64,000 nt of DNA from Chiloscyllium plagiosum. Its lineage: Eukaryota. A program made the translations under genes and the position numbers. Location of the stretch: the NCBI RefSeq assembly GCF_004010195.1, contig NC_057718.1, positions 88,802,229 through 88,866,228 of the forward strand, given 5' to 3'. Of the stretch, positions 12,577 through 24,934 are shown one piece after another. A model generated the notes under the pieces. The model was not told the origin of the DNA. It did no database searches and saw only the letters and a program-made list of their open reading frames with translations. Every line of letters starts with the position of its first letter. The stretch's first letter is position 1.

Positions 12577-13039
12577 CTGGGTCAGATATGTTCAGAGCAT
12601 CAGTACAGACTTAACAGGGCAAATGGCCTTTTTCTGCACTGCTGGGATTCTGTGGATGTAGACCTCACTGGCTGGGCCACATTTATGACATATCCCTGAC
12701 TGTCACTGGGAAGGTGGTGTTAAGCTGCCTTCTTCAACCACTGCAGTCCATTTGGTGTAGGTAGACAATGCTGTTAGGAAGGAAATTCCAGGATTTTGAC
12801 CCAGCAACAGTGATACATTTCCAAATTGGGATAGTAGTGAGTGGCTTGGAGGAGAACTTGCAGGGGTGGTGTTCCCATGTATCTGCTGTCCTTCTCCATC
12901 TAGATGGTGGTGGTCATAGATTTGGAAAGATGACCCTTGATGAATTTCCACAGCTTGAAGATTGTGAATAATGGTAGATCACTGCTTCTTGTTGCTGTTT
13001 GTATACTTGTTCCAATGTTTATTCTTTGTAACCTCTCAG

Positions 13040-13357
13040 GACTTGGACAATGCACTGAATGCTAAACACCACCTTGAAAGAGAGAACAGAAGCCTCCAGG
13101 ACAGGCTGGACTCAACACAAAGAGCATGGGAAGCCTCCAAGTTAGAAATAAGAAGCTGGGAACAGCGTTCCAAAGAGCTGGATGGGAGTTTACTGACCAG
13201 TGTGTGTGAGGCCAAATCAGTTCATACTCAGTTAGAGGCATTCAAGCATCAATTGGCTTTCCTACTCAACAAGACAGATGTGATAGTTCCACCCACTGAA
13301 GATGCAATCAAAGAAAGAATCCGTGACGTTTGTAACAGTGAGGAAGCTAGCAAACAG
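13040..13357 (+). CDS. CCDC170: CCDC170 internal coding exon
   Basis: ctctcAG acceptor, CAG|GTAAGT donor, 318 nt. Peptide DLDNALNAKHHLERENRSLQDRL...WEASKLE...TEDAIKERIRD is collinear with CCDC170. Confidence 0.92.
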
Positions 13358-13553
13358 GTAAGTGGTCTACATAAATATTGAGGGCCGTAAAGTTGTCATT
13401 AAAGTTGGAGTGGTGGGATTTGATCTGCTTGGTATTCAGGAAACTGTGTGGGAGGGGAGCAGACTTGGTTGTAGGTAATGACCCATTTCCATAATATTGC
13501 TCCATCTCTGCCTGTATCTCAGTACATCCACCGCTGTGACGCTCATTGACACT

Positions 13554-13639
13554 GGAGTAGAGTGGTGCTGGAATAGCACAGCAGTTCAGGCAGCATCCTC
13601 GGATGGTTTCCAGCATCTGCAGGCATTGTTTTTACCTCA
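13554..13639. mobile_element. Mini Penelope-derived insertion (no hammerhead retained)
   Basis: pLTR sequence gtggtgctggaatagcacagcag.tcaggcagcatcc. TSD CTCATTGACACT (13542-13553 / 13640-13651). Confidence 0.7.
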
Positions 13640-14797
13640 CTCATTGACACTCCAAACCCATTCTAATTGTCTATTTGTTGCCTTTCCATCCTCCATCCCT
13701 GATTAAATTAAGGTCATCCTTAGGAGGGGTGATGATCCCACGGTATTATCACTGGACTGTTTATCCAGAGACCCAAGTGGTGTTTTGGGACCCGGATTCA
13801 AATCCTGCCATGACAAGTGATGGAGTTTGAATTCAATAAAAATCTGGAATTAAGAATATAATGATGGCCATGAACCCATTTTCGATTGTTGGAAAAGCCC
13901 ATCAGGTTCAGTCATGTCCTTCCAGGAAGGAAACTGATTTCCTTACCTGCTCTCAACTACATGTGACTTCAGATCCACAGTAACAGATCTTTGAGATGGG
14001 CAATAAATAATAACCAGTGCCATCCTCATCCCGTGAATGAATAAACTTTTCAAAAATTCAAATTTGCATCATCTTATTTATCTTTTAGCTTTGTTCTCAC
14101 TAATTCATATCTACTTCCACCACCTTGTTGCTAGTATTCTCAATACTGTGAGAGTACTCCTACAAGACCTGGTCCTCCTTGGATGATGGGGGAAGTGGGG
14201 GGAGGGTAATGGATCTGAGGTCAAGATTAGCCATTATCTACTTTAATGATGGAACTGGCGCAGGTGGCGGACTTTCTCATATTCTGACATACAGCTATGA
14301 TGCACAAACCTTGTGTACAAAGCCTTGTGTGGGTGCAGAGGTCCGTAGCACAAGGTGTTGGTTCCTTTTTAATTTACCCTGGAATACCTTGTACTCTGGA
14401 AAAGGGAGGTGAAGCAGTGCTAGAACCCTGCTACCTAATGAGCTGGGGTCTGATTTGTTCACAGATTGGCAGCAAGCATTCTTGTCTCTCTCGCTTCACT
14501 TGCCTGTTGGATTATGACCAGAGTTTGGAGGACATGGGGGAAAAGTAAGCTCCCTCTTTTCTCCCCCTACTCATACCCATATTCTCAATTGGAGAATGGC
14601 GTGGGAGAGGTGAAGGCTGTGCAGTTGGCCTGCCCCAGGGGTTCCTGAGGCCCACATAAAATACAAAGTCTGGAATCCAGATATACTTCGATAAGGCCAG
14701 GTACTTTGTCTTTGATTGAGACTGAACAGACCATTCACTTGATTAGAGGAGATGCAGGACGGTGAGCACCATATACATAGACTGCTATCCCTCTGTA

Positions 14798-14890
14798 TTC
14801 CTGATGAAGGATTTTTGGCCGAAATGTTGATTTTCCCGCTCCTCAGATGCTGCCTGACCTGCTGTGCTATTCCAGCACCATTCTAATCTT
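14798..14890 (+). mobile_element. Mini Penelope-derived insertion with a degenerate hammerhead
   Basis: ttcCTGATGAagg...ccGAAA at its start. 18-bp TSD GACTGCTATCCCTCTGTA (14780-14797 / 14891-14908). Confidence 0.78.
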
Positions 14891-17800
14891 GACTGCTATC
14901 CCTCTGTAGTCAGGTTTTACTGTAATTCAATACTTTCTGAACAGATTCTATCAGAAGTCCTTAACTTCCTTTGTTATGAGAATCTGCCTCCCATCTCATT
15001 AAAAATGCCACAGGTCCACTATGATACAAAACAAGTGCTTTATCTGTATAAAAATTAGTTGTCCAATGAGACAGAAGTTGCTGGAAGAGTCAGCAGCATC
15101 TGTGAAGATAAATCAGAGTTAATGTTCAGGTCCAGTGGCCCTTCCTCAGACCTGAGGGTGGCTAGGAAGATGTCAGATTACATGTAGGAAATAGGATGGG
15201 GGGAGGGGGTAAGGAGTAAATGACGGGTGGGAATGGAGCCCAGAAAAAGAGAAGAACAGTTGGACAGCCGAAGGACGGGTTGGACCGAAGGGTCTCTTTC
15301 TATGCTGTACATCTCTGTGACTCTGTGAATGGATAATGATCTGGTTAGGAAAGTGAATAGCTGTTAATGGAGCCTGTTACTGGCTAACAATGTTACTTTA
15401 TGTGACTGGAAGATTGATGATATTATCTCTAATACAATATGAGGGAGTGCTGCATTGAGAGAGGTTGGAAAGACCAGTAAGTGAACAATAAGCTTTAGAG
15501 TCCTTCCAACATTTAAGCCTTCTTTAATGTGTACCAGCAAATATACTGATGTTATTGAGTTTTTAAGAATGCTCTACTTTACAGATCTTTGACAAAACAC
15601 AGCTGTTTATGGCCTGATTAAGTCAAAGGTAGCAGGCTATTCGAGAAACCTGGGTTCAAGTCCCACCTGCTTCAGATATGTGTGATGACATCTCTGAACA
15701 GGTTGACTATAAAGTAACTAACAGACAATTTTGAGATAATATATCAATATTAGAATGTTTAACAAGTTATTTCCCAAGTGTGACAGAATCCCACAATGTC
15801 TGTGATATTAAGAGCTGTGAATGAGCTAAAACTACCTCTAACATATATACAGACTTTAAATCTATTCATTAGATTTAAACAGCACACATTCATTAATCAT
15901 ATAGTCAATCTTTGGAAATTAGATGCAGTTTTAATTTTCCTCTCCTGTCATATCAAAAAGGAATTAACACACAGTGTGACTAGAACCAGGCTCAAATGCC
16001 AATAAAACTGACACTATTGTTCCTGGTAGTTATTTGTCATGTACTGGCTCCTGGGGTGAGCTGCTGGTAGTTTGGTGCAGCGGCCTCTCCCTGCTGAAAC
16101 TAGGCACCAACTCAAAGACATCTCTTCCTACCCCACCCCTTGACCATGACCTCACACCTCCCCCCAACCCCCCATCAGCAAGCCATCATCTCCCAGACCA
16201 TACAGAGCCTCATCACCTCCGGAGATCTTCCACCCACAGCTTCCAACCTCATATTTCGGAAACCCTGCACTGCCCGATTCTACCTCCTTCCCGAGATCCA
16301 CAAGACTGACCACCCTGGCCGACCATTGTCTCAGCCTGCTCCTGCCCCACCGAACTCATCTCCACCTACCTCGGTACTATCCTATCCCTTGTAGTCCAGG
16401 AACTCCCCACATAGGTTCGGGACACCACCCACGCCTTCCACCTCCTCCAAGACGTCCGTTTCCCCGTCCCCCAACGCCTCATCTTCACCATGGATATCCA
16501 GTCCCTCTACACCTCCATCCACCATGACGAGGGCCTCCAAGCCCTGTGTTTCTTCCTCTCCAACCATCCCCAACAGTACCCTTCCACTGACGCTCTCGTT
16601 CATTTGGCTGAACTGGTCCTCACCCTCAATAATTTATTTCGAATCCTCCCATTTTCTCGAGACAAAAAGGGTAGCCATGGGCACCTGCATGGGCCCCAGC
16701 TATGCCTGTCTCTTTGTTGGCTACGTAGAACAGTCCATCTTCTGTAGTTACACCGGCGCCACTCCCTACCTCTTCCTCCGCTACATTGATGACTGCATTG
16801 GCGCCACCTTGTGCTCCCACGAGGAGGTTGAGCAGTTCATCAATTTCGCCAACACATTCCACCCTGACCTTAAATTCACCTGGACCATCTCTGACACCTC
16901 CCTCCCCTTCCTGGACCTCTCCATCTCCATCAATGATGACCGACTCAACACCGACATGTTTTACAAACCCTCCAACTCCCATAGTTACCTGGATTACACC
17001 CTACCTCCCACCCTACTGCCTGCAAAAATGCTATCCCGCATTCCCAATTCCTTCGCCTCCGCTGTATATGCTCCCAGGAGGACCAATTCCACCACAGAAC
17101 ACACCAGATGGCCTCCTTCTCTAACGACCGTAATTTCCCCTCCCACGTGGTTGAAGATGCCCTTCAACACATCTCGTCCATATCCCGCACCTCCGCCCTC
17201 AAACCCCACCCCTCCAACCGCAACAAGAACAGAACCCCCTGGTCCTCACCTTCCACCCCACCAACCTCCACATAAACTGCCTCATCCGCCGACATTTCCA
17301 CCACCTACAAATGGACTCCACCACCAGGGATATATTTCCCTCCCAACCCCTATCCGCTTTCTGCAAAGACCATTCACTCCGTGACTACCTGGTCAGGTCC
17401 ATGCCCCCCAACAACCCACTGTCCCCTCCTGGCACCTTCCCCTGCCACCGCAGGAATTGCAAAACCTGCGCCCACACCTCCTCCCTCACCACCATCCAAG
17501 GCCCTAAAGGAGCCTTCCACATCCATCAAAGTTTCACCTGCACTTCCACACATGTCATTTATTGTATCTGTTGCTCCCAATGCAGTCTCCTCTACATTGG
17601 GGAGACTGGACGCCTCCTCGCAGAGTACTTTAGGAAACATCTCCGGGACACCCGCACCAATCGACCCCACCACCCCGTGGCCCAACATTTCAACTCCCTC
17701 TCGCACACTGCTGAGAATATGTAGGTCCTGGGCCTTCTCCACCGCTGTTTCCTCACCACTGACACCTGGAGGAAGAATGCCTTATCTTCTGCCTCGGAAC

Positions 17801-17897
17801 CCTTCAACCTCAGGGCATCAACATGGACTTCACCAGTTTCCTCATTTCCCCTCCCCCCCACCTTACCCCAGTTCCAAACTTCCCGCTCAGCACCATC

Positions 17898-18791
17898 ATA
17901 GAACATAGAACATAGAACAATACAGCACAGAACAGGCCCTTCAGCCCACAATGTTGTGCCGAACATTTATCCTAGCTTAAGCACCCATCCATGTACCTAT
18001 CCAATTGCCGCTTAAAGGTCACCAATGATTNNNNNNNNNNNNNNNNNNNNNNNNNNNNNNNNNNNNNNNNNNNNNNNNNNNNNNNNNNNNNNNNNNNNNN
18101 NNNNNNNNNNNNNNNNNNNNNNNNNNNNNNNNNNNNNNNNNNNNNNNNNNNNNNNNNNNNNNNNNNNNNNNNNNNNNNNNNNNNNNNNNNNNNNNNNNNN
18201 NNNNNNNNNNNNNNNNNNNNNNNNNNNNNNNNNNNNNNNNNNNNNNNNNNNNNNNNNNNNNNNNNNNNNNNNNNNNNNNNNNNNNNNNNNNNNNNNNNNN
18301 NNNNNNNNNNNNNNNNNNNNNNNNNNNNNNNNNNNNNNNNNNNNNNNNNNNNNNNNNNNNNNNNNNNNNNNNNNNNNNNNNNNNNNNCTACCGTTAACCC
18401 TGTATTCTGCATTCTTATTTGTTTTTCCAAAATGGACAACCTCACACTTGACAGGGTTGTACTCCATCTGCCACTCCTCAGCCCAGCTCTGCATCATATC
18501 TAAGTCCCTTTGCAGCCGACAACAGCCCTCCTCACTATCCACAACTCCATCAATCTTCGTATCATCTGCAAATTTACTGACCCATCCTTCGACTCCCTCT
18601 TCCAAGTCATTAATAAAAATTACAAACAGCAGAGGACCCAGAACTGATCCCTGCGGACTTCCACTTGTAACTGGGCTCCAGGCTGAATATTTACCATCTA
18701 CCACCACTCTCTGACTTTGACTGGTTACCCAGTTTTCTATCCAACTGGCCAAATTTCCCTCTATCCCATGCCTCCTGACTTTCCGCATGAG
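17898..18791 (-). mobile_element. CR1-type LINE (5'-truncated) spanning an assembly gap
   Basis: RT motifs SGSPQGSVLGPLLFVIFINDL and KFADDTK. (CATAGAA)n 3' microsatellite tail at 17897-17920. Confidence 0.9.
18031..18387. other. Assembly gap (N run)
   Basis: Run of n characters. Confidence 1.
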
Positions 18792-19449
18792 TAAAGACCT
18801 GTCATCAAGACCATCCTCAAGACCTGTCCCACCTGTCAATCTTCCTTCCCACCTATCCACTCCACCCTCCGCTCCGACCTATCACCTTTACCCCTTCCTC
18901 TGTCCACCTATTGCACTCTCAACTACATCCTTCCCAAGCCCACCCCCTCCCATTTATCTTCCCACCCCCGAGGCTTCCAGCCTCATTCCTGATGAAGGGT
19001 TCCTGCCCGAAACTTCGAATTTCCTGCTCCTCGGATGCTGCCTGACCTGCTGAGCTTTTCCAGCGCTACTCTAATCTTGACTCTAATCTCCAGCATCTGC
19101 AATCCTCACTTTTGCCGTTTCTGATGCTATTATTGATAATGTCAGCACTCCGTGTGACCTGACCCTCTTTCTCTGCCCAAGGTACCCTGCTTTGCCATGT
19201 TGGAAATACAGTGAGAGCAACAGCAGATCCAGCCCACCTGTAATTGCCACCCTGATTGGAGTTTGCAATGTCTGTCCACAATACTGAGAAACACATAGGC
19301 AAGTGGGCTACTCTTAACTCAGATCAACTAAGACTATTGGTCAGGTCAGGAAGGCATCAGATTGAGATGAACAATAAAACAAGAATTCTGTTGGTTATTG
19401 CGGACCTTATTATGTCATTCCAAGAGACAACCTACATAATCCTCAAGCG

Positions 19450-20188
19450 TGTTATTACGAAACTGGGTAAACCCCTCTGCTAATTTAAACCCAATACATG
19501 GAGAAGTTCACCTCATGCCGTAATCTGTTAAATTTCAAGAGGCACAGAGCTATCCCAGAGCTCACTATTTAAAGTAAAACTGAACAATTTCATTCTTTAA
19601 GTCCAAACGAGAACATTAAACAACTCCTTTTCCTTAAACCTATCTTTTACCTCCCACTCTACAGTACTGGTCCGATTTTAAGATTTGCAAAAAAAACATA
19701 TTAAAAAATATGATTAAGATTTACAAAAAAAAGTCATGTTTCAAAACCAGTTAGCTTGTTGATTGTCCTTTGTAGATTCTTCACTGTATTTTCCTGGGTC
19801 CTCTCTTCAGTTATCTGCTGCACAGATCTTTCATGTGAACAGGTACCCTTCAGACGGCTATTCATCTAGCAGTATGTACTTGCTGGTGCTTGGCAGTTCT
19901 CCCCCCTAACTGTTCAAAATGTCTGATTTTATACCCTAAAACATCGGACCATTTCATTGGTTTGATGTCATCCCAAACAGTAAACTTCAAATTCAATCGG
20001 ATTTTGGTATCTGGGGCATAATTTAAACTTATTGGCTGGACTTGAATTTGTTTTTGTTCCATGGCAACAGAACTCCAGCTATTTTGACCAAGTGTTACAT
20101 TTTTCACCTTGTTCAGGACACTTTGTGCTTTCAGTCAGTCCTTGTTAGCTTCCTCCCACTCTTAAAGATACAGTATACCTTTACAACA
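19450..20188 (-). mobile_element. Solo LTR related to the Gypsy LTR at 5316-5997
   Basis: The reverse complement shares the start (tgttgtaaaggtatactg..ctttaaga), the CCAAT core (aacaaaaacaaattcaagtccagccaataagtttaaatt vs ~5440-5475) and the end (ggtttaaattagcagaggggtttaccc). No clean TSD seen. Confidence 0.72.
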
Positions 20189-21689
20189 TACAAATGGAGG
20201 GCTTTCATCCTAGCTCAACTTTTATTTCGCTCAGACAATAATTCATTGTGAGAGACTTTTGAGCAGCTTTGAGCATATCCATCACCTTTTTGACAAAGTC
20301 CCATTGAGGGTAATCTCCCATCCCTGCCATTACCCCATTTTCACTTGCCTCTCGTCAAAAGTTCCCTGGATCTGAGCATAGTCTGGATAATCAAGCTATA
20401 ATAATTGATCTGTATCAAAGTACATCTTACATCAATTAAAAATTTACTAAGATTTAAAAGATGGAAAAGACTGGTAAGAAATTGCAACACACCAGGAAAC
20501 TGTATTCCTCCATGGTCTAAAAACCAAATGCTAACTATTATTGCGTTAGGATGGTCATCACAAGATGGTAAAGGAAAAGCAAAGCCATTTTAATTCATGG
20601 ATCCAAAGATGGCCTAGTGTTGCATCCAGTGTGGTATCTAATTATTCCTGAAATGGTTCTTCAGGGTTGTCTTCCCTGCTATATCATGTACTGTACCCTT
20701 TTCCATTACATTGGTCTTCCTCTGGGTGAAGTCTGAGCAATGACAGCCTGTTTTTCATTTTTCCTAAGTTTTAATTCGATTTATTTGACATGATGTTGGA
20801 CAGCGTGCCAATTCACTGTTATCCAACATGGAAGTTATCCTCTGTGTGAAGCAGCATTTTTGGCCAACAACTCAAAAATAATCTCTTACATTTGAATCTG
20901 TCGATTCTATTCTTACAACTGAACCTGGCAGGTTATAGTCAGATACCAGAGACATTATAATGGGGAACAAAGAGACGGCAGACCAATTAACTGTGTACAC
21001 TGCTTCTGTTTGCAAAAAGGAGGACACAAATAATGTCCCAAATTTGTTGCCATACACCGGAAAGCTGACTTTCTTCAGTGCTTTGTCTACCTTTTGCAGA
21101 AGTGTTTCATTAGGTCACGAGGGAATCTACAATCATCTGCTCCAAAGAATTGGGCCTTACAAAAGTTTTGTTTTCCAGTGCCAATGAAAAAAGTTCTCTC
21201 TTGCTCATCGTTGAAACGCACTTGAAACTCTACTCCAGAACAGGAGGCTTACCTGTTCCCCTGGCTGTCATCCTTGGTGTCTCTATTTGCTTTCACAGAA
21301 GGTCAGAGAGACTCCCTCTTTGTGGTCAGTGACCTTCTTCATTGTCAGATAGCTAAACCTTAATGGATGCTTGAAATGAAGCAAATATTAATGTGAAAGC
21401 TAATGACAGGCCCATCTCATGCCTTTATGTCTCTGTGGCAACAATTCTTCCATATCAGCGCCACAAAGATCAATCTGTTCCTTTTGAATGAAAACCTGGA
21501 GTAGCTGTTTTCTGTAATGCCTTGTAATACAGCTATTTGGAGGATACAGAATATTCTTACGCATTTCAGTCTCCTTTAACATCGGGCGTCTCTAGGAATG
21601 CAACATTTCCTCTCTACACTAATCTCCAAGAATTTTCCTTTTGTTCCCCCCCAGTTGGTATCATGAGAGAGGGAGACAGAAAGCAGGGG

Positions 21690-23690
21690 ACTACAGGCCA
21701 ATTAGCTAATAGGAAACAGATAGTAGGAATGAATTGGTTATTTTCTGGCTGAGAAAATTTAACCTGTGGTGAGCCACAGGGATTTGCGCCAGGTCTGCAC
21801 CTATTCACAATTTGTCTAAGTGACTTGGATGAAGGGACTAATAGTGTGGTAGCTAAATTTTCTGATGGCACAAAGATAAGTAGGAAAGTAAATTGTGATG
21901 AGGACATATGTAAGTACAAAGGCATGTAGATGGCATGAATATGCATAGAATCAGAGAACAATACAGCACGGAGCAGGCCCTTCAGCCTTCAATGTTGCGC
22001 CAACCTGTGACCTAATCTAAGCTCATCACCCTACACTATCCCATCATCATCCATATGCCTATCCAAGGACTGTTTAAATGCCCCTAATGTGGCTGAGTTA
22101 ACTAAATTGACAGGTAGGGCATACCACATCATTACCATTCTCTAAGTAAAGAACCTGCCTCTGACATCTGTCTTAAATCTATCACCCCTCAATTTGTACT
22201 TATGCCTCCTTGTACAAGCTGACGTCATCATCCTAGGAAAAAGACTTTCACTGTCTACCCTATCTAATCCTCTGATAATCTTGTATATCTCTATCCAATC
22301 CCCTCTTAGCCTTCATCTCTCCAATGAGAACAAACCCAAGTCCCTTAGCCTTTTCTCATAAGACCTTCCCTCCAGACCAGGCAACATCCTGGTAAATCAC
22401 CTCTGCACCTTTTCCAGTGCTTCCACATCCTTCCTGTAATGGGGAGACCAGAATTGTACACAATACTCCAAGTGAGCCCGCACTAGCGTTTTGTACAGGT
22501 GCAGCATGACATTACGACTCCGGGACTCAATCCCTCTCCCAATAAAACCTAACACACTGTATGCCTTCTTAACAGCACTGTCAACCTGGTTGGCAACTTC
22601 CAGGGATCTATGTACATTGACACCAAGATCCCTCTGCATATTCACACTATCAAGAATCTTTCCATTGACCCATTATTCTGCTTTCCTGTTATTCTTCCCA
22701 AAGTGCATCACCTCACATTTATCTGCATTGAACCCATTTGCATAGATCTGGAACTTTTAAAACTTAATTTATGGGATGCCTATCCCTAATTGCCTAGAGA
22801 GCAGTTAAGAGTCAACCACATGACGGTGTGGTCCAGAATGTGTAGGCCAGAGTAGGTAAAGACAGTAAATTTCCTTTCTAGGGCATCAGTGAAACAAATG
22901 GATTTTTCCTAACAACCATTTCACAGTCACCATTAGACTCTTAATGTCAGAGCATAATTGAATTCAATCTCCACCATCTGCCCTTGGTGGGATTTAAACC
23001 CATGTTCTGAGGTGTTACCTGGTGTCTCTGGATTAATAGTTCAGCGATGACACCACTAAACCATCACTGCCTCTTGGAGTATAATGTGGAAGATGTAAAA
23101 TTTAAATGAAGAATGAGAAAATGCAAATAGAGTCATAGAGTCATAGAGATGTACAGCACGGAAACAGACCCTTCGGTCCGAGTCATAGAGATGTACAGCA
23201 CGGAAACAGACCCTTCGGTCCAACCCATCCATACCGACCAGATAGCCCAACCCAACCTAGTCCCACCTGCCAGCACCTGGCCCATATCCCTCCAAACCCT
23301 TCCTCTTCATATACCCATCCAAATGCCTCTTAAATGTTGCAATTGTACCAGCCTCCACCACTTCCTCTGGCAGCTCATTCCATACACGTACCACCCTCTG
23401 TGTGAAAAAGTTGCCCCTTAGGTCTCTTTTGGTCAGAGATTACAGAGGGATGAGGGTCCTGGTACATGAATCACAAAAGATTAATATGCAGGTTTAGCAA
23501 GTAATTAGGTAAGCTAACAGAATTTTATCATTTATTGCAAGGGACATTGGATATAAAAGCAGGGAGGTTATGCTTCATTTGTACAGGACACTGCTGAGAC
23601 CACATCTAGAGAAATGCATCGCACTGGTCACGTTCTTTAAAGCGGGATGTAAATGCATTCGAAGCAGCACAGAGAAGGTTTACAAAAGAT
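21690..23690. mobile_element. Cluster of nested CR1 fragments: old + strand copy (21690-21945, 23432-23690) with younger - strand copies (21945-22742, 23127-23431)
   Basis: Remnants of PQG...FTI...KFSDGTK; minus-strand LYKTLVRAHLEYCVQFWSPHYRKDV; (ATAGAGTC)n tails. Confidence 0.82.
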
Positions 23691-24934
23691 GAAGTAAAGT
23701 CACCATAATCCTACTCCACTGTAGAGTTGCTCCATCATGAGAGAGGTGATTGGTGGTAGTTTAACGTGAGGGTTTCTGCGCTTCAGGTAAGGGGAGAGGT
23801 TGACAAGGGAGCCCTTTGTAGTATCCTCAGCTTTACAGGAATTGAACCAATGCTGTTGTCATCTGTGTTACAAGTCAAATGTCCAGCTAACTGAGCCCGC
23901 ATTAAATAAGGTCATAACTGATCTCATTGTGTCCTTCACTCCAATTTCCTACCTGCTCCCATACCTCCTGGTTTTCTCATCAACCAAAAACTTAATTACA
24001 AAATAATTACTCCAGTAACTCCAATTCAATGGTGGAAGAGTAGAGTGTAACTAGTGTTACAACCAGGTGGCTTCAGCTAACTATTAACCACTTTCTTAAT
24101 CCAGAATTGCTTGCTTCACTAATATTAACATAATGTTGCCAAGCAGAAAACTGGGAAGGGAACTACACTGAACTGCACCCAGCATTTCTCGCTTTAGAGC
24201 AAAAGACCTATAAAGAAAGGAAGGAGTATTTTTACATTGTACTTTTCAAGACCTAGCAATGTCCCAGAAGCCCTTTACAGTTCATGGAAGTCCTTTTTGA
24301 AAACAAAAAAGCCGAAATCTCCTTTTTGAAATGTAAATACTGTTGTAACGTATGACAATGCAGTGTGACAATGAAGTCGCAAGGACCAGTGCTGAAATAA
24401 GTGATCGGATAATTAGTTTTGGTGAGAGGGCAGGGCTGAGTTTCTTTCAAGAATGCCATGGAATCTTTTTACAGCTGCTGAGTCCTCATTTTGCACAAAA
24501 GGTAGGACCTCCAACACAGCAGCAGTTCCTCAGGTCTGAAACGTGTAATCTGGATTGAAGATTAAATCCGCAGCCTCTGAGTTGGTGTTATCTCTGAGCC
24601 ACACCTACGGAGCACCAGAAAAGCTGCTTGTTGATCGTATCTGTCCCACATCAGTTCCAATCAGGTAAATGTTAAAGACCCCCTTCAACTGCTTCACTCC
24701 AATGGTTCTCTCCATAAGCCATGTTTATTCCTCAATCAATATATTAAAACCACATATTATCTGGTTATTTTTATGCTGCTGTTTGTTAGAGCTTACTGTT
24801 TACAAATTGGCTGCTGTTTCCTACAGTGAACACATTCTGAACATACTTAACTGGGTGTGGAGCACTTTGAAATGTCCTAAGGTATTTAAGGTGCTATGGA
24901 AATACACATACTTTCTTTACTTTGAATACATCCT

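Larger units (their letters stand above)
16105..19117 (+). mobile_element. Penelope-like retroelement (RT + GIY-YIG endonuclease + pLTR), interrupted by a CR1 at 17898-18791
   Basis: RT motifs MDIQSLYTSI, VAMGTCMGPSYACLFVG, LRYIDD and LPFLDL; GIY-YIG HVIYCICCSQCSLLYIGETGR; frameshifted. The pLTR with hammerhead attcCTGATGA..GAAACttcgaat is at 18985-19020. Confidence 0.92.

Noticed and set aside
16524..17724. Long ORFs as a host gene or an intact, active transposon
   Set aside because: They are frameshifted Penelope RT and GIY-YIG pieces, and the element is 5'-truncated and interrupted by a CR1.
17972..18714. Long ORFs spanning the N run
   Set aside because: Artefacts of translating through the assembly gap.
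23127..23225. CRISPR-like direct repeats
   Set aside because: Eukaryotic context and no spacers; it is a tandem duplication at a CR1 tail.
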